Source: Tubiluchus corallicola
Lineage: Eukaryota; Animalia; Priapulida
Length of the DNA stretch: 27,078 nt
Assembly (NCBI GenBank): GCA_030141605.1
Contig: JAQGDQ010001743.1
Coordinates: 1-27,078 of the forward strand
Direction of reading: 5' to 3'
Made by a program: the position numbers and the translations under genes. This document shows positions 1 to 11,542 of the stretch, in pieces. A model generated the notes under the pieces. It searched no databases. It had not been told where the DNA came from and worked only from the letters and a program-made list of their open reading frames with translations. Position 1 is the stretch's first letter. Each line of letters starts with the position of its first letter.

Positions 1-1258
1 CTGTCTAACTCTCACTCTCAGTGCAGTGCAGCAGTCGTGATACTCATGTTACTTACTGTCTTACTCTCAGTGCAGTGCAGCAGTCGTGATACTCATGTCA
101 CTTACTGTCTCACTCTCAGTGGAGTGCAGCAGTCGTGCTACTCATGTTACTTACTGTCTAACTCTCACTCTCAGTGCAGTGCAGCAGTCGTGATACTCAT
201 GTTACTTACTGTCTCACTCTCAGTGCAGTGCAGCAGTCGTGCTACTCATGTTACTTACTGTCTCACTCTCAGTGCAGTGCAGCAGTCGTGCTACTCATGT
301 TACTTACTGTCTAACTCTCACTCTCAGTGCAGTGCAGCAGTCGTGATACTCATGTCACTTACTGTCTAACTCTCACTCTCAGTGCAGTGCAGCAGTCGTG
401 CTACTCATGTTACTTACTGTCTCACTCTCAGTGCAGTGCAGCAGTCGTGCTACTCATGTTACTTACTGTCTAACTCTCAGTGCAGTGCAGCAGTCGTGAT
501 ACTCATGTTACTTACTGTCTAACTCTCACTCTCAGTGGAGTGCAGCAGTCGTGCTACTCATGTTACTTACTGTCTCACTCTCAGTGCAGTGCAGCAGTCG
601 TGCTACTCATGTTACTTACTGTCTAACTCTCACTCTCAGTGCAGTGCAGCAGTCGTGATACTCATGTCACTTACTGTCTCACTCTCAGTGCAGTGCAGCA
701 GTCGTGATACTCATGTCACTTACTGTCTCACTCTCAGTGCAGTGCAGCAGTCGTGCTACTCATGTCACTTACTGTCTAACTCTCACTCTCAGTGCAGTGC
801 AGCAGTCGTGATACTCATGTCACTTACTGTCTCACTCTCAGTGCAGTGCAGCAGTCGTGATACTCATGTCACTTACTGTCTCACTCTCAGTGCAGTGCAG
901 CAGTTGTGCTACTCATGTTACTTACTGTCTAACTCTCACTCTCAGTGCAGTGCAGCAGTCGTGATCCTCATGTCACTTACTGTCTAACTCTCACTCTCAG
1001 TGCAGTGCAGCAGTCGTGCTACTCATGTTACTTACTGTCTCACTCTCAGTGCAGTGCAGCAGTCGTGCTACTCATGTCACTTACTGTCTAACTCTCACTC
1101 TCAGTGCAGTGCAGCAGTCGTGATCCTCATGTCACTTACTGTCTAACTCTCACTCTCAGTGCAGTGCAGCAGTCGTGATACTCATGTTACTCTCTGTCTC
1201 ACTCTCAGTGCAGTGCAGCAGTCGTGATACTAATGTTACTTACTGTCTAACTCTCAGT
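1..1258. repeat. Minisatellite, 49/55-bp unit (CTGTCT[AACTCT]CACTCTCAGTGCAGTGCAGCAGTCGTGMTACTCATGTYACTTA), about 24 copies, runs off the window start
   Basis: Units start at 1, 56, 105 etc. Long and short variants differ by 6 bp and often occur as long-short-short 153-bp blocks. Confidence 0.97.
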
Positions 1259-1935
1259 GATCAGTGCAGGACACTCTTGTTCTCAGTGTTCAGTGTAGCA
1301 GTCATTCTACATGTGTATGTAGTCTAATAAACGTTTTTCAGTTTTGAGCAAATATGTAGTATAGTGTTTTATTCTTTTTTTAAGTGTTCAACTACAACCT
1401 CAAACATGACCTTCACACAACATTTTATTGCTAGAAAACTGTGCAAACGTTGCTTTTTCGCATAAAACAACGAACGACAAAATACGATCATACTCCAGAA
1501 AACTTAGTTCAATTAATTCGATTTTCATTTCGTTTCAATATAAATCTGTCAAATCTTGAAAGCTCGCATCTTAAACTATATCTGCTCACACAAGTCAACT
1601 AAATGCTAAATATGAACTGTCTTACCTTTGTGAGCCCACAGAAGTTCTACACAATCCTCTAGTGTTTGAAGCGACACAATAAATGACTGTTCGCCAGTGC
1701 CATCTAGTGAACAAATGAAACAAGTGTTAAGCATTGAACACTTTAAATGCCAGCAAAATGAAATATACATAGTAGCTACTGGCCTAGTCTTTACCTACAT
1801 TACATTACGTTACACAAAATTTGCATAGTGGACCGTATAGTAATAAATGGAGTATAGTATAGTGAACCGCACCGATTATCAACATTAATAACAAAAACGA
1901 AATGTCCAATGAAACTTGTGACCCCTAAACATCAG

Positions 1936-2037
1936 TTAGCTGAGTTTACACTCGGCTGCGAGTGTGTGTTAGTTTGGATGCCATCACTTAGCTGAGTTCA
2001 CACTCGGCTGCGAGTGTGTTAGTTTGGATGCCATTAC
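1936..2037. repeat. Two tandem ~52-bp units, each with hairpin ACACTCG-GCTG-CGAGTGT
   Basis: TTAGCTGAGT... starts at 1936 and 1988; the pair is duplicated at ~13972-14073. Confidence 0.85.
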
Positions 2038-2241
2038 TGACACCATAATGGCCGTCATTATTCGGATATCCCATTTAGTGGAGACATCGATATCTGACCT
2101 CGGACCCTGCTGAATCCTTTAAAGAGATGTACTGGGCAACTATATACAGTAGAGTGTTCTAAAAGTGCTATTCTGGATGCCATTTTGTTCTGCTACATCG
2201 AAGGGGCGACGAACTAAATCGAAGCTTGCTTAAAACTTTCT

Positions 2242-2285
2242 CTAGACTATGCTGGTTCTTATTGCACACCACATTTGGAGGTACA
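2242..2285 (-). CDS. Putative terminal coding exon C (VYLQMWCAIRTSIV*), unknown protein
   Basis: Acceptor tgtgctgcag. Phase 1 matches the end of exon B; TAG at 2244-2242. Confidence 0.3.
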
Positions 2286-2347
2286 CTGCAGCACAGAGGC
2301 ATACATAAATAACACACGGGACAGATTTTCTTTATATATCTATATTT

Positions 2348-2427
2348 ATACATACATACATACACACACACATACACGCACACGCACACGCACACGCACA
2401 CGCACACGCACACGCACACGGACACGC

Positions 2428-2474
<47 letters not shown>

Positions 2475-2476
2475 TA
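2348..2476. repeat. Compound microsatellite (TACA)n/(CACACG)n/(CA)n
   Basis: Direct reading. Confidence 0.95.
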
Positions 2477-3069
2477 TAGGTATATAGCTATTTACTGATC
2501 TGTATCAATTTAAGTTCATTTTTACCAGTAAAATATTTGCAATTAAAAACTGCTTTATAAAGGTTACATTCTTTAAACAATTCTGGAAGCAGGAATTTAA
2601 GGTAGATTCACACAGTTGTTACTGCAACAGTTTGCATGTCAACATGAATCATATTAACTATTTTTCAGTAATTACAGTCGACCACTCTAATACTACATTA
2701 TCATGTTTTGTACTACCCGTAAATTTGCTCAACAATCAAGGATTGGAAAAACTACAACCATTGATTCAAGTTTAATCATTGAAATGTGCCGCTTTTAATT
2801 GGTGACTATACGGAACGAGTCTACACTTACAGTGATAGTCAATAAAAATAGCATTAAATATGATACATATGCTAGCAAACCTCCATCAATTTCCTCCCCC
2901 AGCTGAATAAACAAACTTATTGAATTTTTCTTCGCAGTAATTAAAGTTTTAACTAAAATTCAAGATGCTAGACATCAGAACATTTACTAACTATTTCAAA
3001 ACATCATTTATTTGTTCTGAATAAACAAGTGTTTAGCAGCAAGACAGACAAACTTCTGAACACACATAC

Positions 3070-3160
3070 CACGTTCTCCCTCCAGTGGATTATCAATGCA
3101 GACCACTTGGTAGCCTTGGTCATCATCATTGTAAAATGTTTCTTCAAACAAGATGCTGAC
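3070..3160 (-). CDS. Putative 91-bp internal exon B (VSILFEETFYNDDDQGYQVVCIDNPLEGER), unknown protein
   Basis: Acceptor ttttgtatag, donor gtatgt. Open in the phase left by exon A. Confidence 0.5.
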
Positions 3161-3265
3161 CTATACAAAAATGTGTATGGGTCAAACACTGAATACAATT
3201 TAGTTGCAAATTTGGTAACGTATTTTGTATATATGTTCCAGAAAAATTAAAAATATACATAACAG

Positions 3266-3832
<567 letters not shown>

Positions 3833-3912
3833 TCCATTCGTATCACCCTTTCCACATCATATCTAAGAATACAGAAAAGCTGGTGTTATTTTATAACAAT
3901 AAGCAAACTCAC

Positions 3913-3972
3913 TGTTTTTATCTGCGAAAATCCTGTTCCGGTTGTTAGTTTCATTCCTTGGCTTACAATCTC
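3913..3972 (-). CDS. Putative 60-bp internal exon A (EIVSQGMKLTTGTGFSQIKT), unknown protein
   Basis: Acceptor ttttgttacag, donor gtgagt, phase 0-0, no stop codon. Confidence 0.5.
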
Positions 3973-4463
3973 CTGTAACAAAAATATCGCTGTGACAACA
4001 AAAATATCCAAATCCTTACAAGGTGATCTCGTTAACTATATAAAAGCTTTGTAATAATGCTTTCACGTGCATTTTCAAAGGACGAATAGGTTCACTTCAA
4101 AAGTGCACTCAATACACCTTCAAACACTACAGACATAAAATTCAATAAGGTCTGTAATTCCTACAGAAAAGGCAAGACTACTCCCAATAATTAAATCTTG
4201 CAGAAAAAAACAATTTTGTGAAAGTGGTGTACACACATGGCCTGAAATTTAAGCATAATCATGCTTTTGAGAATGCCTCATTAAAGGCTGTCTGCTGAAT
4301 AAGTGATGAGAGCCTACATTCAATTCTTACAATCCAAAATAAACTTTTTTTTCAAAGATTCTACAATTCCCAGCGCCAGTCAGCTGATCTAAACGTCCAT
4401 ATGTTAGTCACACTGCAGGAGCTGAGAGAGATTTATATGACATCTCATACACAAACAGTTTAA

Positions 4464-4921
4464 CCCTTTCATACCCGTTGTATCCCATGGGATACAAGAA
4501 TATTTTCTGCCTTTAAAATTAATAAAATTTTAAAGCTGACAGTTATTTGATCTGTTAATAGTTATTTTGATTTAAGCCAATAACAATAGACTAAAAATGG
4601 AGATAAAATGGCAAACTAGAAAATCTACATAGCATAAAAAACTGCACAAGGTACAGTACTTTAGAGACGACTTTGTACAGATCAGCATAGCATGCATACT
4701 AAATGTCTTAAATACTTTAAAAAATTATCAACAGTTGCAAAATGAAGCACATTTTATGCTTCCATTGAATCCCAATGTTTCCTGTGGGATACAGGCTATA
4801 TTTAGCACACGAGCACAGGTAGAAAAAAAAATTTTTATGTGTAAACAAGATGGACATACTGAACAAAAGTACCAATCCAAAAAATTTTTCTTATTAAAAA
4901 AATAATTTGGGACTGAAAGGG
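4464..4921 (+). mobile_element. piggyBac-type MITE, 458 bp
   Basis: TTAA on both sides (4460-4463, 4922-4925). TIRs CCCTTTCATACCC / GGGACTGAAAGGG. An independent inverted copy lies at 24602-25059. Confidence 0.92.
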
Positions 4922-4985
4922 TTAAGTGCTGGAATACATTAATAAGCTATTGGAAATCATTTTCTGGTCACTCTTAACTTCTTTA

Positions 4986-5156
4986 CAGGGCGCCCCGTAA
5001 AAGTACCCTCTTTTCATGGCAAAATTCATCATTTAAGAGCCACTGATGTTTATTCAGTAACGAGTAAAGGCCCTTCAGACAGAATGATCAAAGTTTTATT
5101 GATGTGCTCAAAATGTACTCAAATTGAAATGAGGTTACTTTTTTGGGTGCGCCCTG
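4986..5156. mobile_element. Tc1/mariner-type MITE, 171 bp
   Basis: TA TSD; ~30-bp imperfect TIR CAGGGCGC-CCCGTAAAAGTACCCTC vs CAGGGCGCACCCAAAAAAGTAACCTC (reverse complement). Confidence 0.8.
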
Positions 5157-5344
5157 TAGAAACAGCTCCAATAAAAAACTTAAGGGTGATCAAAAAACAA
5201 TCTCCAACAGACCATTAATGTATTTCAGCACTCAAACTGTTTTTACACGAGATGTCATATAAACCTCTCTCAGCTTCTGGACTCTGATGAAAATAACAAT
5301 GATGAAATGAAAAATGGCGACTTTGAATGTTGTTTCATATCTGT

Positions 5345-5875
5345 TCCACTACCTTTAATAATACGTAGCAAGTTTTTTTTTCTCCTAATCCTAAGTAATT
5401 GTTGGTCTTTCTCATACTTACTTTTTCTCTTAAATTTTTCTATATTACACTTTTTTGATACTTACTTTATCTCTCCATACTCTCAGTTTTTTAACTTTAC
5501 TTACTAACCTTGGTCAAATTCCCCTGTTAATAAGACCCCTATTTGAAAATACTATACATAATAATCATAATTACTGATTAATTGTATTGTTTTGCTTAGA
5601 TTTAGGTATCTAACTTTATTATTTTTTGTTTTCACTTCTTTTTTGATAATTTGTATCATTTATACTGTTTTTTATTATTATTTATTCTTATTTGTTTTTG
5701 TTATCTGCAGCCTCACCATTTATTTTTAATATACTAATCTAATTATAAGACAGGGCAGGAGACTAGATGATCCCATGGTACTTCCCTGACCTGCTCCACG
5801 ATTATAATTACGTAATATCTAAAAAACTTCTCATGTCAAAAAAATTGGAGAAAATAAATGTTCTATGTTCTATGT
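5345..5875 (+). mobile_element. Possible LINE (L2/Crack-like) 3' UTR remnant
   Basis: T-rich tract, GGGCAGG...CCTGCTC stem (5753-5796), AATAAA (5853), then a short-repeat tail. The 5' boundary is uncertain. Confidence 0.35.
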
Positions 5876-6710
5876 CTATGCCTATGTCTATGTCTATGTC
5901 TATGTCTATGTCTATGTCTATGTCTATGTCTATGTCTATGTCTATGTCTATGTCTATGTCTATGTCTATGCCTATGTCTATGTCTATGTCTATGTCTATG
6001 TCTATGTCTATGCCTATGTCTATGTCTATGTCTATGTCTATGTCTATGTCTATGTCTATGTCTATGTCTATGTCTATGTCTATGTCTATGTCTATGTCTA
6101 TGTCTATGTCTATGTCTATGTCTATGTCTATGTCTATGTCTATGTCTATGTCTATGTCTATGTCTATGTTCTATGTCTATGCCTATGCCTATGCCTATGT
6201 CTATGTCTATGTCTATGCCTATGTTCTATGTCTATGCCTATGCCTATGCCTATGTCTATGTCTATGTCTATGTCTATGTCTATGCCTATGCCTATGCCTA
6301 TGCCTATGCCTATGCCTATGCCTATGCCTATGCCTATGTCTATGTCTATGTCTGTCTATGTCTATGCCTATGTCTATGTCTATGTCTATGTCTATGTCTA
6401 TGCCTATGCCTATGCCTATGTCTATGCCTATGTCTATGTCTATGTCTATGTCTATGCCTATGCCTATGCCTATGCCTATGCCTATGTCTATGTCTATGTC
6501 TGTCTATGTCTATGCCTATGCCTATGCCTATGCCTATGTCTATGTCTATGTCTATGCCTATGCCTATGCCTATGCCTATGCCTATGCCTATGCCTATGTC
6601 TATGTCTATGTCTGTCTATGTCTATGTCTATGTCTATGTCTATGTCTATGTCTATGCCTATGTCTATGTCTATGTCTATGTCTATGTCTATGTCTATGTC
6701 TATGTCTATG
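5862..6710. repeat. (CTATGT/CTATGC)n hexamer microsatellite
   Basis: Direct reading. Confidence 0.97.
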
Positions 6711-6924
6711 AAAGGCAATACCAGTTCTCCATCACTCATTCAGTAATGTAGTCCTATGTTTTAGTCAAGAATGCAAACTCTAGAAGCAATCTGACACTAA
6801 TATCATTCGCTAATGGTAGATAAGAGAGTCCATCAAAAAATTACTGAGAATAATTCAATCATCCAATCACTTTGACGGTCACTAAGTTAATATAAACGGA
6901 ATGTGTAGGAATATATAACAAACA

Positions 6925-6953
6925 CAAGCATGCACGCACGCACGCACGCACGT

Positions 6954-6994
<41 letters not shown>

Positions 6995-6996
6995 TA

Positions 6997-7032
<36 letters not shown>

Positions 7033-7038
7033 ACACAT

Positions 7039-7074
<36 letters not shown>
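6925..7074. repeat. Compound (GCAC)n/(CA)n/(TA)n microsatellite
   Basis: Direct reading. Confidence 0.95.
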
Positions 7075-7075
<1 letters not shown>

Positions 7076-7139
7076 AAAATAAATTTTTATTTTAAAATGT
7101 AATGTTTATGTCTTCACTTAGTGACCTCTGTTCACAAAA

Positions 7140-7694
7140 CTGCATCTACCTGCCCATTTAAAGCATGGGCAACCCTGATGATTCGTCGTGAAATTGGATG
7201 AGTGACACGCTTTCTTGACAGTCTAAACATGCGTACGCTTTCTTGACAGTCTAAACGTGCGTACGCTTTCTTGACAGTCTAAACGTGCGTACGCTTTCTT
7301 GACAGTCTAAACGTGCGTACGCTTTCTTGACAGTCTAAACGTGCGCACGCTTTCTTGACAGTCTAAACGTGCGTACGCTTTCTTGACAGTCTAAACGTGC
7401 GTACGCTTTCTTGACAGTCTAAACGTGCGTATGCTTTCTTGACAGTCTAAACGTGCGTACGCTTTCTTGACAGTCTAAACGCGCCTGAATGCAAGCTTAA
7501 GGCAGCTTTGCGTGATATCGGTGAAATTCAACTTGCACAGTGCTTGAGTGACAATGATTTGCCCAATTGGGAGCCCGAATTTTTGCACGTGACCACTTCT
7601 TCCGCTGCCAAGCTTTTTTCCATCAGGAAAATTCGATAGTCCAGACACACAACAGTCGGCGGGCATGTGGCTCAGTAACATTTATTATACTAGA
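7140..7694 (-). mobile_element. Possible non-autonomous Helitron with internal minisatellite
   Basis: The minus strand starts TCTAGTATAATAAA (TC-type 5' end). Hairpin TGCCCAT..ATGGGCA (7151-7171) lies ~10 bp from the other end, but CTRR is degenerate. Confidence 0.35.
7207..7484. repeat. 28-bp minisatellite (GCTTTCTTGACAGTCTAAACGTGCGTAC), ~10 copies
   Basis: Units start from 7209 to 7461 at 28-bp spacing. Confidence 0.97.
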
Positions 7695-8361
7695 CTTATG
7701 ACACACAGGACCAATTTACATGCAGGCTCCTATAACTCTACTTCATTATAAAATTCATCGTAGTCAGGCAGCATAAATTACACAACGAAGCAAAAATAAT
7801 GAGCTCTTGTGCCTTTCTTATTAATGGCATAGTTATTGCAGAGGAGGAAACAGCGCACCTGGTGGCCATAATTCATAACACTAATTACACATGGCAACTA
7901 AACAGACCATTAATACAGATGTGACATTATTCAACAGTCTGTCATTATTTTTGCAAGCTCTAGCTGCGTGTGGCAATAAAGTCCACAGAAGACGTGCAAT
8001 TCGTAGAGTACATTTTCTGTTGACATTACTCTGCGACTTAACGCGGCTTAGACAAGACATTAGCCTCTAAACCAAAGTGCATTGTTCATTTGAACATTGC
8101 ATTTATAATGTATTTTCCAGGTAACAATCTCACGTTCTGGCTGGAAGGCATTAAGGTTTTGCTCTAAGAATCTTGAGTAAAGTGCAAAGAAGCAAGAAAT
8201 ATCACGTGACATGTGCAGCCCCAACTAACCATTTCAGTGTCATAGGCTAGGCCTATCAAAATCAAACCAGAATGCCTGTATCACCTATACAGACTATTAA
8301 AAGGCTCACTCATTGGCAAAATTCATTTGTGATGAATATCACCTGGTATTCAAAAGCAGTA

Positions 8362-8502
8362 GTATCACAATCACCACCATCATGACCATTATCATGGTCA
8401 ATGTCATCATCATCAACATTATCTTTACCAGTGCCACCATCAGCATCATTGTCATCAGCATTGCTCTCCACAATAACAGCAACAATGAAAAAACAACAGC
8501 AA
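8362..8502. repeat. Degenerate (CAT/CAA)n low-complexity tract
   Basis: Direct reading; a longer version lies at ~20468-20640. Confidence 0.75.
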
Positions 8503-9151
8503 TGCCTTATATATCAGTGCCAGGGAACAATCTAGAAATAGAAAGTTCTCGAAACTTCTACAAGGTAAGAAGATTGTTCTACTATACTATAGAACATTCT
8601 ACAATATTCTATTTAATTCTGTAGTGGATCTCCACAACACTTTCTGGCAATTAAAAAACAGATAAAGTTACAAGTATTAAAGATTTCTATTCACTATATT
8701 TATTGATTTACTAATAAGAGATTGAATTCATCTACTGCACCACGAGAATTACTGTAAGCAGGGGAAAAGTGCAAAGAAAATTTTCTACGAATTCGGCTTC
8801 AAAGGTTTTTGTTTGCAATATTACGACACAGCCCTCCGCACAATATGACACAAAAACTAGCGCCTGCTGTCGCATTATTTGGCGGGTAATTACATAAAGC
8901 ATCTAAACCTGAGAAAGCTGGTAAAAGTAATTACATGTATACACTGTACAACTAGTTGCCCCTATCTTAACAGGTGTAGAAAAAATGAAAGCTTATGTAG
9001 AAACATAATACCAGCATTAACTTGTTACAGTTATATGTGTAAAAATAGGTGCTGTCTGTCATTAGCTAATAACTAACGTGTGTGCTGACTCGGCAAACTC
9101 TTAACATTCTCCAGTATTGTATGATCTTATTAACTATACGCCTAAGTGCAT

Positions 9152-9674
9152 GATAAAAATGCCATAGGAAAAAATGGCATGGTAAAAATGCCATAGGAAA
9201 AAATGGCACGGTAAAAATGCCATAGGAAAAAATGGCATGGTAAAAATGCCATAGGAAAAAATGGCATGGTAAAAATGGCATAGGAAAAATGGCACAGAAA
9301 AAATGGCACAGAAAAAATGACACGGTAAAAATGCCATAGGAAAAAATGGCATGGTAAAAATGCCATAGGAAAAAATGGCATGGTAAAAATGCCATAGGAA
9401 AAAATGGCACGGTAAAAATGCCATAGGAAAAAATGGCACGGTAAAAATGCCATAGGAAAAAATGGCACGGTAAAAATGCCATAGGAAAAAATGGCATGGT
9501 AAAAATGCCATAGGAAAAAATGGCACGGTAAAAATGCCATAGGAAAAAATGGCATGGTGAAAATGCCATAGGAAAAAATGGCATGGTAAAAATGCCATAG
9601 GAAAAAATGGCACAGAAAAAATGGCACGGTAAAAATGCCACAGGTAAAAATGGCACAGGAAAAACAGCACAAAT
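9152..9674 (+). repeat. 29-bp dimeric tandem array (AAAAATGCCATAGGAAAAAATGGCAYGGT)n, left arm
   Basis: Direct reading. Confidence 0.95.
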
Positions 9675-9732
9675 GGATGAAATGTTTTATAGTCCGTTAA
9701 AAATTCCCTGTAAAAATAAGCTTCAAAAGGAA

Positions 9733-9998
9733 ACTGCTATCCCACGTAGCTTCCGTACTGCTATCCCATGTAGCTTCCGTACTGCTATCCCGTGTAGCTT
9801 CCGTACTGCTATCCCGTGTAGCTTCCGTACTGCTATCCCGTGTAGCTTCCGTACTGCTATCCCGTGTGGCTTCCGTACTGCTATCCCGTGTAGCTTCCGT
9901 ACTGCTATCCCACGTAGCTTCCGTACTGCTATCCCATGTAGCTTCCGTACTGCTATCCCATGTAGCTTCCGTACTGCTATCCCATGTAGCTTCCGTAC
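9733..9998. repeat. 24-bp minisatellite (ACTGCTATCCCRYGTAGCTTCCGT), 11 copies
   Basis: Units start from 9733 to 9973. Confidence 0.97.
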
Positions 9999-10173
9999 AT
10001 TCTTAAGTAATAAGAATAATCACAGCAGGTCCAGTTACTACAGGTAACAGATTCAAAGCTAAATTGTTAAGTGAGCACATTACTGACTGTTAGACAAATG
10101 CACTGTTTGCTAATTAACTAAATACAGCATTCGTAAATATGAATATACATCAAAGAAAAGACTGGATATATAT

Positions 10174-10590
10174 TGTTGGTGTCCTTCTGTCTCGGAAGAC
10201 AATGGAGTGTGCGCCAAGAGAGTCAGTTATTGATCACATTGATGGAGCTGCAGCGTCGACTGGGCTGAGCAGTCCGATCCTTGATCCACTGGAGTGGCTT
10301 CTCCAGGGCGCACGCCTGGGCAAGGTGTATGGAGATCCAGAGTTGCCCAGACAACAGGAACCCCTCTCTTCCTCCCTGGTGTAGTCCAAAGGACGTTTGG
10401 CACCAGGTTGGCTGCAGGAGCTGCCAGAGTCAGCGAGCATGCTGCACTGGTCCGCCTTCGGGGCTCCACTCCTGATTTGGAAGATTTACTCCTCTATACA
10501 TGGCCATTGGGTCACTTGACCTCCTCCGCCCTCTAGCCGTTGATTGCTTGCGCAGCTCCTCCGCCTAGCATCGAGATACAGTGTGGGCAA
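10174..10590 (-). mobile_element. Non-autonomous RTE-derived retroposon; sister of the 5S-headed element, lacking the 5S head
   Basis: Reverse complement aligns with ~23889-24309. 9-bp TSD GATATATAT (10165-10173, 10591-10599). SRIGLLS remnant and CAACAA tail. Confidence 0.88.
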
Positions 10591-10925
10591 GATATATATG
10601 CTGGTATTTGTAATTGTCAGTTACTTACTCTTCAACTATCCCCTCTCATCAGCTCTTTTTAACAAGCTTTATTGCTTTTTAATGACCATGAAGCTTTCAC
10701 TACATTGTAAGTAGTTTGCATTACATTATACATTTGATGATGAGATTTTCCTATCGTTTGTAAAACTCAAGAGGTCAACAGTTTGTTCATTTCTACACTG
10801 CATCGTACAATAATATCACTAAAATACAGATAATTATCCAGTAAAGTAAATACAAATACAAATGTAATATAGTCCAGATAATACAAATAGAGTTTTTAGT
10901 AGCTAGCATATACATGTGCAGATTA

Positions 10926-11343
10926 GTTTAAACATAATTTATTTAGGATTGGATCAGACAGTTTGTACAACATGATTTAAGATCCTCACCAGACTTTATA
11001 CACTATTTACAAGAACATTTACAGTAAGAATAGACTATACTTAGTTTTTAGTATACTTTAGTATACTAAAGTTTTACTACAGTGATACATTAGACATTGG
11101 TAAAAAATGACGGTTAGAAAATATTAATGTACGAATATTTAAGACTGATGTATTTTATATCAGATAGAAACTACTGGAAGCGTTTAGTACATAATATAAA
11201 GTCATGTATACATTGGAATATTTTACAGTTGGTAACATAGTTAAATTCATCTTTACCGAATAATAACAACTTCAACAGATCATTATTTCCTAAGACAGCT
11301 ATATTAAAGTTTTCGGGCAGAAATATTGCATTTAATTTATCAA
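10926..11343 (-). mobile_element. 5'-truncated CR1/L2-group LINE (ORF2 C-terminus plus 3' UTR)
   Basis: LLLFG...TNCKIFQCIHDFILCTKRF* resembles invertebrate CR1-type ORF2 ends. 3' end AATAAATTATGTTTAAAC. 14-bp direct repeat ACATGTGCAGATTA at 10912-10925 and 11344-11357. Confidence 0.75.
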
Positions 11344-11542
11344 ACATGTGCAGATTACAATATACTATCATTTTAATGCATGCAGTTTGAACAGTGTGCG
11401 CCCGTGTGCCTTGAATATATCACGTTTTATTATAATAATTATTAAAAAAGGATAAATTTGTTTGCCTCTGAACCTAAAATAATACTAATTCAATGCGCAT
11501 AAACTCATAGTTTACCAAGTGCGCCACTTTTTCTTAATAGTT

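Noticed and set aside
1695-1712. CTCF-like motif (also 7851-7868)
   Set aside because: Imperfect matches that cannot be told from chance without binding data.
7175-7193. Hammerhead ribozyme core (CTGATGA...GAAA)
   Set aside because: Stem II does not pair, and there are no compatible stems I and III.
8134-8342. Two small minus-strand exons (8342-8310, 8171-8134; MNFANE-FLEQNLNAFQPE) or a selenocysteine TGA
   Set aside because: Donors are good, but the AAG acceptor is weak, the phase does not join exon A, and no SECIS was found.
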